Counted from the first letter of the stretch, positions 40,471 to 53,000 are shown. The stretch is DNA of 64,000 bases from an uncultured Candidatus Saccharibacteria bacterium (GCA_964502615.1 CAZCXF010000001.1:50722-114721), one strand, 5' to 3'. The notes: generated from the sequence alone by a model not told the origin. Made by a program: numbers and translations.

Positions 40471-41838
40471 ATGGAACGATTGATTCGATATTATTTTCTT
40501 TTTATTCTAGTTTTAGTATTTGTATTTGGTGGATTTGCTCAAAAAACATTATTCGTAGAAGCAGATCAGGCCCTACAAAATGCCCAAGCTGACAAAGCAC
40601 GTCTTGAGAGTGAATTGAGCTCTCTTGAGCAAGAAATAGCTCAAAAACAACAAGAACTAGCAAGTCAAAAAGGTCAATCAGTATCTCTTTCAAGGGATAT
40701 TGCTATTTTGACGACTCAGATAAAAAAATCAAAACTAGATATTCAAGCTAAGAATTTAATTATTAAAAAACTGGGAGGAGAAATAGTTCAAAAAAATAAA
40801 CAAATTGAAACCCTATCAACTAGAATAGAGACAGAAAAAGAAACTTTGGCACAACTAATAAGGAAAGATAGAGAGATTGACGAGAAAACAGTTTTATCTT
40901 TTCTTTTATCAAAAGACAAACTATCTCTTGCATATGGCGATATTGAAACTTTTGCTTCTTTAAAAACAGGTATTAAAAAATCAGTAGATGAGATAAGGGG
41001 TGTTAAAAAAGAGACAGAATCTGAAAAGAAAACACTTGAACAAAAAAAGAACCAGGAAACAGATGTAAAAGTTCAATTAGAAAAAGCAAAGAAAGAGGTG
41101 GAAACAAGTGAGAAGAATAAACAAGAATTATTGTCTATAAGTAAGGACAAAGAAAAAGCTTATCAAAAAATACTTGCAGACAAAGCTAAAAGACGTGCTG
41201 AAATATTGGCTGTATTGTTTAATCTTCGTGACGCATCAGCGATTCCTTTTGGAAAGGCTTTAGAGTTTGCAAAAGAAGCATCAAAATCAACTGGAGTTGA
41301 TGTTGCATTTATACTCGCTATTATTACCCAAGAAAGTAATCTCGGTACTGATCAAGGATCCTGTTATGTAACAAACATGAATACAGGGGAAGGTATAAGC
41401 TCAAAGAGCAATAAGACCTTTAGAAATGTAATGAAACCTGTCCGTGATACACCTATATTTATGGATATAACTCTAGCTCTTGGACGTGATCCTTATAAAA
41501 CTCTAGTATCTTGTCCAATAGCATCAGCTGGAAGTTCAAGTTGGGGAGGAGCTATGGGTCCTGCTCAATTCATACCATCTACATGGAAAGGGATAGCTAA
41601 AAAGGTAGCGAGTTCCTTGGGAGTACAAACTCCAGATCCATGGAATCCTAGAGACGCTTTTACTGCTTCTGCTATGTTTTTAGCTGATTTAGGTGCTGTT
41701 GGTAATAGCTATACGAGCCAGATAAGGGCTGCTTGTAAATACTATGGTTCAGGAGGTTCTACTTGTGCTTATGGAAGAAATGTAATGGCGAAAGCAGCAA
41801 ATATTCAAAAGAACATGCTAGATCCTTTGCAAAATTAG
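40471..41838 (+). CDS. secreted coiled-coil protein with C-terminal MltB/Slt-like lytic transglycosylase domain
   Basis: N-terminal TM, ~230 aa coiled coil, then AIITQESN (catalytic Glu-Ser) and GAMGPAQFIPSTW (GH103/MltB-like motif). Confidence 0.65.
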   Translation: MERLIRYYFLFILVLVFVFGGFAQKTLFVEADQALQNAQADKARLESELSSLEQEIAQKQQELASQKGQSVSLSRDIAILTTQIKKSKLDIQAKNLIIKKLGGEIVQKNKQIETLSTRIETEKETLAQLIRKDREIDEKTVLSFLLSKDKLSLAYGDIETFASLKTGIKKSVDEIRGVKKETESEKKTLEQKKNQETDVKVQLEKAKKEVETSEKNKQELLSISKDKEKAYQKILADKAKRRAEILAVLFNLRDASAIPFGKALEFAKEASKSTGVDVAFILAIITQESNLGTDQGSCYVTNMNTGEGISSKSNKTFRNVMKPVRDTPIFMDITLALGRDPYKTLVSCPIASAGSSSWGGAMGPAQFIPSTWKGIAKKVASSLGVQTPDPWNPRDAFTASAMFLADLGAVGNSYTSQIRAACKYYGSGGSTCAYGRNVMAKAANIQKNMLDPLQN

Positions 41839-41866
41839 CACATGTATGTTAATATAACCCAACATT

Positions 41867-42082
41867 ATGAAAAAAGACATTCACCCAAAATATAATAACA
41901 ATACAGCAGTTACTTGCGCTTGCGGGGCTACTTTTGCTGTTGGTTCTACTATGGACTCTATGAATATTGAAATTTGCAGTCAATGTCACCCTTTCTATAC
42001 AGGTAACGATAAAGTTCTAGATACTGCAGGACGTGTAGATCGCTTTAAGAAACGCGCAGCGGTTGCAAAAGCAAAGAAATAA
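41867..42082 (+). CDS. rpmE: 50S ribosomal protein L31
   Basis: MKKDIHPKY with CxC...CxxCHP zinc-ribbon. Confidence 0.9.
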   Translation: MKKDIHPKYNNNTAVTCACGATFAVGSTMDSMNIEICSQCHPFYTGNDKVLDTAGRVDRFKKRAAVAKAKK

Positions 42083-42087
42083 CTCAA

Positions 42088-42117
42088 CCCAAAAAACGCT
42101 CTCACTGGGCGTTTTTT
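42088..42117 (+). terminator. putative terminator hairpin (aacgc...gcgtttttt)
   Basis: Short stem followed by TTTTTT. Confidence 0.45.
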
Positions 42118-43075
42118 GCTGTATAATAAAAACATGAAATTCGATTTAGAAGAATTAAAAAAAGATCACAAGACTAGCTATTTTGCAGGAGAATACGAGA
42201 GGCTTCTTGGTGAAGAAAACAAAGTAAATGAGATGGTTGCTCAAGATGAGTCACTACGCGATTTAGCAGATGAAGAATTACAAAATATCAAACTACAAAA
42301 AGAAGCTATTGAAAGACAACTCGAAGAAATATTAAAGGCAGGTGTTGAGGAAGAAGAATTCCCAAATGAAATCATCCTTGAAGCTCGCGCAGGAGCAGGT
42401 GGAGACGAAGCTTCTTTATTTGCCCAAGAACTCGTACTTATGTATGAAAGATTTGCTGATACAAAGGGTTGGTCTAGTAAGCATTTAGATGAATACACGC
42501 TTGAGATAAAAGGAAAGGATGTATACAAACTTCTCCGATACGAGACGGGTGTTCATCGTGTACAGCGAATACCAGCAACAGAAAAAAATGGACGTATACA
42601 CACTTCTACTGCATCAATCGCAATATTACCAATTCGAAAGAAAAGTAAAATTGAGATCAATCCTGCAGATCTTGATATGGAATATTCACGTTCAGGTGGA
42701 GCTGGAGGGCAAAACGTAAACAAAGTTGAAACCGCAGTTCGACTCATTCACAAACCAACAGGTATAGATGTACGTTCCACTTCAGAGAGAAGCCAGCTGG
42801 GTAATAGAGAAAAAGCTATGAGTATTTTGATTGCAAAACTACAAATGCTAAAAGATGAAGAAGAAGCTAAAAAATATTCAGGGGATAGAAAAGCTCAGAT
42901 AGGTACAGCGGATCGAAGTGAAAAAATCCGTACTTACAACTTTCCCCAAGACAGAGTTACTGATCACCGCATAAAGCAGTCTTGGTCTAACATCCCAGGT
43001 ATTATGGATGGAAATTTAAATAAGATTATTGATGCTATGCAAGCAGGTGTAGTAGGGGATGCAGAAGAGGAATAA
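42116..43075 (+). CDS. prfA: peptide chain release factor 1
   Basis: GGQ motif ([11 protein letters not shown]) and a PAT tripeptide (RF1-type). An alternative start is at 42134 (MKFDL). Confidence 0.93.
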   Translation: MLYNKNMKFDLEELKKDHKTSYFAGEYERLLGEENKVNEMVAQDESLRDLADEELQNIKLQKEAIERQLEEILKAGVEEEEFPNEIILEARAGAGGDEASLFAQELVLMYERFADTKGWSSKHLDEYTLEIKGKDVYKLLRYETGVHRVQRIPATEKNGRIHTSTASIAILPIRKKSKIEINPADLDMEYSRSGGAGGQNVNKVETAVRLIHKPTGIDVRSTSERSQLGNREKAMSILIAKLQMLKDEEEAKKYSGDRKAQIGTADRSEKIRTYNFPQDRVTDHRIKQSWSNIPGIMDGNLNKIIDAMQAGVVGDAEEE

Positions 43076-43264
43076 TTGCTTATTTGACATAGCTGTGTTA
43101 TCATTTTGGCTAGTAGTTGTCACACGTTTTGGTTATTAGTTTCATATTCGTGCTTTTAAACATTGAGTATGTAAATGAAATCAGGCAGTAAGCGATTACA
43201 TTTATAAATTAGTTTTCTTCAAGTAGGAGTATGAAAGTACCTTACAAGAAGCACATTGTCATAT

Positions 43265-43552
43265 ATGGCAAAAAAGTTATACGTCGGAGGTCTTCCTTAT
43301 AAGACGACTAACGATGAGCTCAAGGCACATTTTGAGCAAGCAGGTCCTGTTGCATCAGCAACTATTATCATGGATAAGATGACTGGTCGCTCAAAAGGCT
43401 TCGGTTTCGTAGAAATGGAAAACGATGCAGATGCCGACAAAGCTATCTCAATGTTTGATGGCAAGGATTACGAAGGTCGTAACCTTACAGTGAACGAAGC
43501 TCGCCCTATGGAAGCTCGCCCACAAAGTGGTGGTTTCCGTGGAAACAGATAG
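43265..43552 (+). CDS. RRM-domain RNA-binding protein with RGG-like tail
   Basis: RNP-2 LYVGGL and RNP-1 KGFGFVEM motifs. Confidence 0.85.
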   Translation: MAKKLYVGGLPYKTTNDELKAHFEQAGPVASATIIMDKMTGRSKGFGFVEMENDADADKAISMFDGKDYEGRNLTVNEARPMEARPQSGGFRGNR

Positions 43553-43679
43553 TTCTCTAGCTTAATTAACAAAAATACTCCTAGAAATAGGGGTATTTTT
43601 GTTTGCAAAATAGAGGTTTTTTTGGTATAGTTTCGGTGACGCTTCGTAAGCGCCTGTTTTTTATTAAGTGAGTATTATG

Positions 43680-43751
43680 CGTGTGTAGTTCAGTGGTAGA
43701 ACGCTGTCCTGATAAGACAGAGGTCGAAGGTTCGATTCCTTCCACACGCAC
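43680..43751 (+). tRNA. tRNA-Ile (anticodon GAU), CCA not encoded
   Basis: Acceptor GCGTGTG/CACACGC, anticodon stem-loop CTGTC-CTGATAA-GACAG, and T-arm GAAGG-TTCGATT-CCTTC. Confidence 0.85.
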
Positions 43752-43775
43752 ACTTCATCATAGTTATGAAGTAAT

Positions 43776-44042
43776 ATGGAAAATAAAGAAAAAGAAGCAT
43801 GGTGGCAAGAAGCGGTAGTTATGTTTGCCAAAGTTTCAGCTTGGGTAGCTATACCTATAGTTGCCGCTTTATTTGTAGGTAAATATTTTGATAAAAAATA
43901 CGACACCTCACCTTGGATATTCATAGGAGCAACAATTATTGCATTTATAATATCTATGATTGCGCTGGGTAAAATTTCACTAGATTATATTCATAAAATA
44001 GATAAAGAATCAAAAGATAAAAAAAATGGAGAATCAAATTAA
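43776..44042 (+). CDS. ATP synthase protein I-like (AtpZ/AtpI) small membrane protein
   Basis: 88 aa, 2 TM, directly upstream of and overlapping atpB. Confidence 0.5.
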   Translation: MENKEKEAWWQEAVVMFAKVSAWVAIPIVAALFVGKYFDKKYDTSPWIFIGATIIAFIISMIALGKISLDYIHKIDKESKDKKNGESN

Positions 44043-44895
44043 TCAACCTCATACTGAAGTAAATCACGAAGTTACACTTTATGCAGAACAAATAACTCAT
44101 ATTGGTCCACTTCCAGTTACAAATTCTTTAATTACTAGTTGGGTAGCAGTTTTCGTTATTGTAGTAATCGCAATAACACTACGCTTAAAGATAAAACAAA
44201 TCCCTAAGGGTATACAAAACTTTTTTGAAATAATGTTAAGCGGAGCCTTATCTCTTTGTGATCAAGTTACGGGTAATCGTAAAATTTCTCAAAAAGTATT
44301 CCCACTTGCGTTTACAATTTTTATGTTTGTCCTTGTAAACAATTGGCTTGGAATACTACCTTTAGGAGGTTTTGGTTTGATTGAGAAGGGAAGTGAAGGT
44401 TCTGCTTTCATACCATTTATACGCTCTGGTACTGCAGATATAAATACAACTCTCGCTCTTTCTCTTATGGCTGTTATAGGAGCAAATATATTTGGAATAA
44501 TATCAATAGGTGTTTGGAAAACTTTTAACAAGTATGTTAATCTAAAATCGCTCGGCAGTATGGTAACTAAAGTTCGCAAAGAACCTACCGTCCTAGTTGT
44601 AGCACCAGTTACATTTTTTGTGGGAGTACTTGAGCTAATCGGTGAATTTGCAAAGATAGCTTCACTTTCTTTCCGTTTATTCGGAAATGTCTTTGCTGGT
44701 GAAGTGTTACTTTTATCTATGAGCGCGTTACTTGCTTACGGTCTTCCAATCCCATTTTTATTCTTAGAAATATTTGTTGGGGTAATTCAGGCTTTTATCT
44801 TTGCAATCTTGGTACTTGTTTACTTTACGATAGCAAGTCAAGATCATGATGAACACGAAGAACATCATAGTGAAGATAAATTAGTAACAGCATAG
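44026..44895 (+). CDS. atpB: F0 ATP synthase subunit a
   Basis: LSFRLFGNVFAGEVLL with the essential Arg. Confidence 0.93.
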   Translation: MENQINQPHTEVNHEVTLYAEQITHIGPLPVTNSLITSWVAVFVIVVIAITLRLKIKQIPKGIQNFFEIMLSGALSLCDQVTGNRKISQKVFPLAFTIFMFVLVNNWLGILPLGGFGLIEKGSEGSAFIPFIRSGTADINTTLALSLMAVIGANIFGIISIGVWKTFNKYVNLKSLGSMVTKVRKEPTVLVVAPVTFFVGVLELIGEFAKIASLSFRLFGNVFAGEVLLLSMSALLAYGLPIPFLFLEIFVGVIQAFIFAILVLVYFTIASQDHDEHEEHHSEDKLVTA

Positions 44896-44987
44896 CGGAA
44901 AATTCCTTTTGCAAATGTCACTTCTGAGACGTTTACAAAAGAAACTTTCTGGTAAAGTTTATTTAAAAAGAAGTCGAAAATTATTAG

Positions 44988-45218
<231 letters not shown>

Positions 45219-45315
45219 CATTTGCTATTTACATCTAGTCAATTGTCTCTATCACAAGTGGCTAGGAGTAAGGAGCTAAAGCCCTTATATTAATTTATAA
45301 TTTATTAAATTTAAA

Positions 45316-45807
45316 ATGGATTCACTAATAACTACATTTCATATAGATTGGAAAATAATTATCGCTCAGGCTATAAACTTTCTTATTGTTTTCTTGGTAT
45401 TGTATTTCTTTGCTCTAAAACCTCTTGGTAAATTAATGAAAGAGCGTGAAAATAAAATAGAGGCAGGACTAGATGACGCAAAAAATAATGCAAAACTCCT
45501 AGAACAAACAAAAAAAGAATATGATGAAGTTTTAGTAAAAGCTCGCAAGGAGGCTAGTGAAATATTCAATAATGTAAAGGCTGAAGCAGAGAACAATCGA
45601 AAAGATATTTTGGCAAAAGCTCAAACTGAAGTTGAATCTATGATAGAGAGCGGTAAGAAAACTCTTGAATCAGAAAAGATAAAAATGGTAGAAGAAGCAA
45701 AAGGAGAAATAGTTTCTTTGGTTGTTAAAGCAACGGAGAAGTTACTAGAATCTCATGATAAAGGTGATTACGAAAGTAAAGTAATAAAGCAGATAAAGAA
45801 AATGTAA
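45316..45807 (+). CDS. atpF: F0 ATP synthase subunit b
   Basis: N-terminal TM plus a long charged helix. Position in the operon. Confidence 0.8.
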   Translation: MDSLITTFHIDWKIIIAQAINFLIVFLVLYFFALKPLGKLMKERENKIEAGLDDAKNNAKLLEQTKKEYDEVLVKARKEASEIFNNVKAEAENNRKDILAKAQTEVESMIESGKKTLESEKIKMVEEAKGEIVSLVVKATEKLLESHDKGDYESKVIKQIKKM

Positions 45808-45816
45808 TTAAATTAT

Positions 45817-46224
45817 ATGGCTAATATTTCAATTAAAAACATAGCAGAAGCAATATACGAATCCGGAAAAGATAAATCTGGGATAGATCTTGCTAATACT
45901 ATGAAAAACGCAACGAAAATACTAGCCGATAAACACCTCCTAGGAAAAACCCCTCAGATACTCGAAAAATTAGAACAAATAATAGACAGTAAAGAAAGTA
46001 TTGTTAGAGCAAAAATAACTTCTGTAAACATATTGTCAAAAAAGGATGCAGAAGAAATAGAGGAACTAATAAAGAAAAGATATAGAGCAAAAGAAGTTGA
46101 GATGAATTTTAGAGAAGATAAAGAATTGCTAGGCGGGATAAAAATTGAAGTCGGAGATGAAGTGATAAATATGACTCTGAGGAACAGGTTAAACAAATTA
46201 CAAGATTATTTAATTAAAAACTAA
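45817..46224 (+). CDS. atpH: F1 ATP synthase subunit delta (short)
   Basis: Position between atpF and atpA and the OSCP-like C-terminus. At 135 aa it is shorter than is typical. Confidence 0.65.
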   Translation: MANISIKNIAEAIYESGKDKSGIDLANTMKNATKILADKHLLGKTPQILEKLEQIIDSKESIVRAKITSVNILSKKDAEEIEELIKKRYRAKEVEMNFREDKELLGGIKIEVGDEVINMTLRNRLNKLQDYLIKN

Positions 46225-46225
46225 T

Positions 46226-47728
46226 ATGACTAAAAACCACATTGTAGAAAATTTAAGAAAGCAGATTGAAAAATTCCAGGATGACTTGAAAGCCGAAAAG
46301 GTTGGTCATGTCGTAGAAGTTTTCGACGGTATTGCTCGTGTATCTGGTCTCTCTGATTTAAAAGCATCAGAAATGGTTAGTTTTGCATCTGGTGCACAGG
46401 GTGTAGCATTGAACCTTGAAGAAGATTCTGTGGGAGTTATTGTCCTTGGAGATTTCTTTAATATTAAAGAAGGTGACGAAGTTAAAGCGACAGGACAGAT
46501 TCTTTCTGTGCCTGTTTCAGACAAACAAATTGGTAGAGTGCTAAACGCTATCGGTATGCCAATCGACGGTAAGGGCGATATCAAAACAGACAAGAGAAAC
46601 CCTATTGAAAAAGTTGCCTCTGGTGTTATGAGTCGTCAGTCTGTTGACCAACCTATGCAGACTGGTATTAAAGCAATCGATGCTCTTATTCCAATCGGCC
46701 GTGGACAACGTGAACTTATTATCGGTGACCGTCAGACTGGTAAGACTGCAATTGCAATAGACACAATCCTAAACCAAAAAGGTCAAAATATGATCTGTGT
46801 TTATGTTTCAATCGGTCAAAAAGATTCAAAACTTCGTAAACTACAAACTCGTCTCGAAGAAGGTGGAGCGATGGAATATACTGTCATAGTATCTGCTGGT
46901 TCATCAGAACCTGCTTCAATGTCATATATCGCACCTTATACTGGAGTTTCAATTGCTGAATACTTCATGGATCAAGGTAAAGATGTTTTAATTATCTACG
47001 ATGATCTTTCAAAGCATGCTGTAGCGTACCGTGAAATTTCACTTCTTCTTCGCCGTCCACCAGGTCGTGAAGCTTATCCTGGAGATGTTTTCTACTTGCA
47101 CTCAAGACTTCTTGAACGTGCATGTCGTAAAAATCAAGACTACGGTGGTGGATCAATCACAGCTCTTCCAATCATTGAAACTCAAGCTGGAGATATCTCT
47201 GCATATATTCCTACAAACGTTATCTCTATTACTGATGGACAGATATTCCTTGAAACAGATCTTTTCTATAAAGGTGTTCGCCCTGCAGTAAACGTTGGGT
47301 TCTCAGTTTCTCGTGTGGGAGGAAGTGCTCAGATTAAAGCTATGAAGAAAGTTGCAGGTACTTTGAAACTTGACCTTGCGCAATTCCGTGAACTCGAAGC
47401 TTTCTCACAATTCGGATCAGACCTAGATGAATCTACAAAACGTCAACTTGAGCGTGGTAAGCGTGCTGTTGAAATCCTTAAACAACCTCAGTACTCTCCA
47501 GTATCTACTGTTCACCAAGTTGTGACACTTTATGCTCTAGTTAAAGGTTATACAGACGAGGTGCCACTAGATAAAATAAAAGAATTCGAAAAGGGTCTAG
47601 TAGAATACACAGAGAGAAATGCAAAAGATTTCTACAAAGATGTAGAAGAAAAGAAAATGTGGACAGATGAATCTGAGGCAAGTCTAAAGAAAGCAATCGA
47701 GGATTTCAAAAATACATTCGTTAAATAA
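46226..47728 (+). CDS. atpA: F1 ATP synthase subunit alpha
   Basis: Walker A GDRQTGKT. Confidence 0.97.
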   Translation: MTKNHIVENLRKQIEKFQDDLKAEKVGHVVEVFDGIARVSGLSDLKASEMVSFASGAQGVALNLEEDSVGVIVLGDFFNIKEGDEVKATGQILSVPVSDKQIGRVLNAIGMPIDGKGDIKTDKRNPIEKVASGVMSRQSVDQPMQTGIKAIDALIPIGRGQRELIIGDRQTGKTAIAIDTILNQKGQNMICVYVSIGQKDSKLRKLQTRLEEGGAMEYTVIVSAGSSEPASMSYIAPYTGVSIAEYFMDQGKDVLIIYDDLSKHAVAYREISLLLRRPPGREAYPGDVFYLHSRLLERACRKNQDYGGGSITALPIIETQAGDISAYIPTNVISITDGQIFLETDLFYKGVRPAVNVGFSVSRVGGSAQIKAMKKVAGTLKLDLAQFRELEAFSQFGSDLDESTKRQLERGKRAVEILKQPQYSPVSTVHQVVTLYALVKGYTDEVPLDKIKEFEKGLVEYTERNAKDFYKDVEEKKMWTDESEASLKKAIEDFKNTFVK

Positions 47729-47733
47729 ATTAT

Positions 47734-48651
47734 ATGGCTGGTACAAAAGAAATTAAACAAAGAATAAAGAGTGTGAAGAACACAAAGAAGATCACAAAAG
47801 CGATGGAGCTTGTGGCTGCTTCGAAGATGAAGCGTGCAGTGTCTCGTGCTCTTTCTTCTCGTCTTTATGCTAGCTATTCTTGGGATTTACTTACATCATT
47901 ATCTAGTCGTCTAGATGAAGTATCACACCCATTCTTTATAGAACAAAAGGGCGATAGGACTCTTCTTGTGCTTATTACCGCAAATGGAGGCCTTTGTGGT
48001 GCATACAATGCTCAGGCTATTAAAAAAGCTTTAAGTTTACTCAAAGAAAAAGGAGCTTCTGAAGTTATAGACATAGTCACTGTGGGTAAAAAGGGTGATG
48101 TCGCAATGCGACGCATCGGGCAAAATATTATTGCTTCATTTACTGAAGTTCCAGACAATAATATTTCTTTAAATGACATTGTTCCATTATCAAAATTAAT
48201 AATGGATGAATATAAAAAATCAAACTATCAACATATTCATGTGATTTATACAGATTTCATTTCAGCACTTACTCAAAAAGCAAATCTAAAAAAACTTCTA
48301 CCAATATCCAAAACTGAAATCAAAGAATTAATAGAAGAAGTAAAGCACATGAGCAAGGAAAGTGGAGAAGAGATCCAAGAAAAAACTACAGATGTCCCTT
48401 ATGTGTTTGATGGAAATATAGAAAGACTCGTTGAATTATTAGCAGAGAAATTAGTCAGGATGCAAATATACCAAATGATCCTCGAATCGAGTGCTTCCGA
48501 ACAATCCTCTCGAATGTTAGCCATGAAAAATGCAAGCGAGGCAGCTGGGGAGATGATAGACGATCTGACTTTAGTATTCAATAAAGCTCGTCAAGCAGGC
48601 ATCACTCAAGAGATATCAGAAATAAGTGCGGGTATGGCAAGTATAAGTTAA
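47734..48651 (+). CDS. atpG: F1 ATP synthase subunit gamma
   Basis: N-terminus IKSVKNTKKITKAMELVAASKM. Confidence 0.9.
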   Translation: MAGTKEIKQRIKSVKNTKKITKAMELVAASKMKRAVSRALSSRLYASYSWDLLTSLSSRLDEVSHPFFIEQKGDRTLLVLITANGGLCGAYNAQAIKKALSLLKEKGASEVIDIVTVGKKGDVAMRRIGQNIIASFTEVPDNNISLNDIVPLSKLIMDEYKKSNYQHIHVIYTDFISALTQKANLKKLLPISKTEIKELIEEVKHMSKESGEEIQEKTTDVPYVFDGNIERLVELLAEKLVRMQIYQMILESSASEQSSRMLAMKNASEAAGEMIDDLTLVFNKARQAGITQEISEISAGMASIS

Positions 48652-48676
48652 AACATTATTAGAAATTATTAATTAA

Positions 48677-50041
<1,365 letters not shown>

Positions 50042-50047
50042 TAAATT

Positions 50048-50491
50048 ATGGCAAAACAATTACAACTTAAAATTGTCACACCAGAGAAACTAATCTTAGA
50101 AGATTTAGTTGAATATGTAGTTGTACCTACGACAGAGGGAGAGATTACAATTCTCCCAGATCATGTACCACTAATATCAGCACTTTCATCTGGTGATATT
50201 GTTGCATATGAAGGCGGTGAACATATTCCGATGGCTGTCGTTGGAGGATTTGTTGAAGTAAAAAATGTTGATGGGAAAACAGAAGTAGCAATCTTGGCAG
50301 ACTTTGCAGAACATGTAAAAGATATAACTGATGATGCTATTAATGTTGCCCGTGCTCGTGCAGAAGAACTAAAAAAACAAGCAGAGAACAAAGAAGTTGT
50401 TGACTTTGAACATTTTGCGACAGAACTTGAAAGATCACTAACTCGTGTAAAAATAGCTGATAAGTGGAAAACAAGAAAATATAGGAAATAA
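50048..50491 (+). CDS. atpC: F1 ATP synthase subunit epsilon
   Basis: Beta-sandwich N-domain followed by a helical C-terminus. Last gene of the operon. Confidence 0.85.
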   Translation: MAKQLQLKIVTPEKLILEDLVEYVVVPTTEGEITILPDHVPLISALSSGDIVAYEGGEHIPMAVVGGFVEVKNVDGKTEVAILADFAEHVKDITDDAINVARARAEELKKQAENKEVVDFEHFATELERSLTRVKIADKWKTRKYRK

Positions 50492-50492
50492 A

Positions 50493-50520
50493 AAAGGTGG
50501 TCAAAACATTGACCACCCAT
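50493..50520. terminator. bidirectional hairpin ggtggtcaa...ttgaccacc
   Basis: 9-bp stem after atpC. It also serves the convergent minus-strand genes. Confidence 0.7.
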
Positions 50521-50550
50521 CTAAACAAATTACATTTTTAGTGATAGAAC

Positions 50551-50925
50551 CTATTTATACAATCTATTGCGTCTTTCTCGTATCTCTCTCATAACCTTGA
50601 GGTTTTTGTGTATAGATACTATGTAAAAAATTGCGGTAATTGCAATCCATACAATGGGCACCACACCAGTAAAACCAGATGAAAAACTTACTATCCATAA
50701 AAAGATTGATAATTTTCCAAGAAAGTCTATTGATGTAAATTCCCGATCGTTTATCCGTACAATACACCACTGAAGTATTGCAACAACAACAGAAAACTTT
50801 AACGCAGACAGGACATCGTCCTTACCTATGAGTACCCATGACCAACATATTATCCCGATAATAATAAAGATAATTACAGGGACCAAAATGTTTTTGGCCT
50901 TTATTTTCATTTCTTTCTCTTTCAT
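50551..50925 (-). CDS. hypothetical 4-TM membrane protein
   Basis: 124 aa. Overlaps its upstream partner by 4 nt. Confidence 0.4.
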   Translation of the reverse strand: MKEKEMKIKAKNILVPVIIFIIIGIICWSWVLIGKDDVLSALKFSVVVAILQWCIVRINDREFTSIDFLGKLSIFLWIVSFSSGFTGVVPIVWIAITAIFYIVSIHKNLKVMREIRERRNRLYK

Positions 50926-51257
50926 AACGAACCAATTTTTTGTTGAATATAATTAGATTTTAAAGCAATGAATATGAATAGCATAAATAAGATCATGGAA
51001 ATTATTTCAGTAAGAATTATTTCCCATTTTTTTATACTATCACTTGAATAGCCAGGCAATTGAGGTATTAAGTCAATTATTGAGAGTGTGATAAGCACTG
51101 GTATCATAAAAATGAATAGTGCCATTACTAACCAGCCAATAAATAAACTATTTAATATTTTTGCCGTATAAAATCCAGTAACAGGTAAGGCTATTGATAG
51201 GAATATAATAATAATCCCTCCAATAAAGCCATTTCTAAGAATTATTTTCCAATTCAT
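50922..51257 (-). CDS. hypothetical 3-4-TM membrane protein
   Basis: 111 aa. Translationally coupled to 50551..50925. Confidence 0.4.
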   Translation of the reverse strand: MNWKIILRNGFIGGIIIIFLSIALPVTGFYTAKILNSLFIGWLVMALFIFMIPVLITLSIIDLIPQLPGYSSDSIKKWEIILTEIISMILFMLFIFIALKSNYIQQKIGSL

Positions 51258-51271
51258 GGTTTTTTATTTTA

Positions 51272-51329
51272 GAGGGTTAAAAAATATCAAAACGTTCAAT
51301 TTTTAAACACTTTGATATTCTTTAACCCT
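51272..51329. repeat. long inverted repeat (18-19 nt arms, 1 mismatch, ~19-nt loop)
   Basis: gagggttaaaaaatatcaaa ... tttgatattctttaaccct. Confidence 0.55.
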
Positions 51330-51410
51330 AACAGAATTTAAACAAAATATATCATAATTTCTCTATCTGTCAACTAAAAAATTAATGCAAAATAAGCTAT
51401 ATTAGTACTT

Positions 51411-52367
51411 ATGCAAGGAGAATACAAAGTAATACTTTTCTACAAATACGTACATATAGACGACCCTAAGGCTGAGCGTGACGCTCAGTTTGAACTTGCA
51501 AAACGACTAAATATGAAGGGTCGTATGATTATCGCTCATGAGGGTATAAATGGCACGTTTGAGGGCACCAAAGAAGCATGTGATGAATATATGAAGATTA
51601 TGAAAGCTGATCCTCGTTTTTTTGATATTCATTGGAAGGTTAGCAATGGTACAAGTGACGGTACTGCTTTCCCGAGGCTTTCAGTAAAAAATAGGAAAGA
51701 AATAGTGTCATTACACTTAGGTGATGAAGCAGATATAGACCCAAATCAAATAACTGGAGTTCATCTCAAACCTGAAGAACTTAGAAAATGGTATGAAGAG
51801 GGCAAGAAATTCCACATCGTAGATATGAGAAATGATTATGAACTTCGTGTGGGAAAATTTGAGGGTACAGTTTTTCCAGATTTAAATAACTTCCGTGATC
51901 TAAAACAAAATATTAAGAAAATTGAAGATTTAAAAGATACTACTGTTCTTACTGTATGTACTGGTGGAGTAAGATGTGAGAAAGCATCAGGACTTCTCGT
52001 ACGAGAAGGATTCAAAGATGTGTATCAGTTAGATGGTGGAATAGTTAGCTATATGGAAAAATACCCTAGTAAAGATTTCAAGGGTTCTCTTTATGTTTTC
52101 GACAAGCGTATAGTTATGAATTTTGATGATCCTGACAAGCACGAAATCATTGGTCGCTGTAGCAAATGCGACAAACCGAGCGAACACTATGTAAACTGTG
52201 CTAATCTCATGTGTCACGAGCATTTTATTTGCTGCGTTGATTGTCTAAAGACAAATGCCGAAGAACACCCACCATATGGCGAAGCATATTGCAATATCTG
52301 GTGCAATCTAAAATGGAAGTGGTACAAATTTAGGAAGGGAATCAAACTTAACTTAGCTAGTAAATAA
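51411..52367 (+). CDS. trhO: rhodanese-domain tRNA U34 hydroxylase TrhO/YceA (UPF0176)
   Basis: FYKY N-terminus, rhodanese active site CTGGVRCEKAS, and a C-terminal Cys-rich zinc finger. Confidence 0.8.
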   Translation: MQGEYKVILFYKYVHIDDPKAERDAQFELAKRLNMKGRMIIAHEGINGTFEGTKEACDEYMKIMKADPRFFDIHWKVSNGTSDGTAFPRLSVKNRKEIVSLHLGDEADIDPNQITGVHLKPEELRKWYEEGKKFHIVDMRNDYELRVGKFEGTVFPDLNNFRDLKQNIKKIEDLKDTTVLTVCTGGVRCEKASGLLVREGFKDVYQLDGGIVSYMEKYPSKDFKGSLYVFDKRIVMNFDDPDKHEIIGRCSKCDKPSEHYVNCANLMCHEHFICCVDCLKTNAEEHPPYGEAYCNIWCNLKWKWYKFRKGIKLNLASK

Positions 52368-52429
52368 ATTGACACAAATCTATCCTCAAAGTACTATTAA
52401 AGTATTAATATTTTATAATTCGAAGTTAT

Positions 52430-52993
52430 ATGGATCCAATAAATCAAAAAAGTGGCGGTTCAAATAAAATGCTTTACATTATTATCGGTATTCTAGTCGT
52501 TATTATCATTGCCTTCTTAATGAGAGGATCATTTGGATCACGTAGTGTGAATATAAACGGCATGAATTTAGATGTAGATAAAAAGATAGATGGTTCTACA
52601 ACTATAAAAAGTGATTATGGCACAACAACTGTAAATCAAAACAAATTACCAGATAATTGGCCAACAGACGTTCCTGCATACGCAAGTGCAACAATCACAA
52701 CAGCAGGATCTACAAACGCTCAAGCCGGGGTAGAAGGTATGGAAGTAATGTTCAATACTAAAGATAGTGCACAATCTGTTCTTAATTTTTATAAATCTGG
52801 ACTAACATCTTCAGGTTGGGCTTCTCTATATCCTGGTAAACCAATCACAGGAACTCAAGTCGGTGCAAACATAAGCCTAATGGCAAAAAAGGACAAGAGA
52901 ACATTAACAGTAAGTATAAGTGACATGGGTATTGAAGGATCAAGAGTAGTGCTAATTGTAGCCTCAATGCCAACTGTCAAAACTGGATTATAA
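52430..52993 (+). CDS. hypothetical secreted/membrane-anchored protein
   Basis: N-terminal TM followed by a Thr/Ser-rich soluble domain. Confidence 0.45.
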   Translation: MDPINQKSGGSNKMLYIIIGILVVIIIAFLMRGSFGSRSVNINGMNLDVDKKIDGSTTIKSDYGTTTVNQNKLPDNWPTDVPAYASATITTAGSTNAQAGVEGMEVMFNTKDSAQSVLNFYKSGLTSSGWASLYPGKPITGTQVGANISLMAKKDKRTLTVSISDMGIEGSRVVLIVASMPTVKTGL

Positions 52994-53000
52994 TTTTAAA

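Noticed and set aside
43076-43264. Possible promoter TTGACA at 43088 upstream of the RRM protein
   Set aside because: No correctly spaced -10 hexamer could be paired with it. I kept only the observation of a long 5' leader.
43664-43924. 86-aa minus-strand ORF
   Set aside because: It overlaps the well-folded plus-strand tRNA-Ile and the atpZ start. It is not coding.
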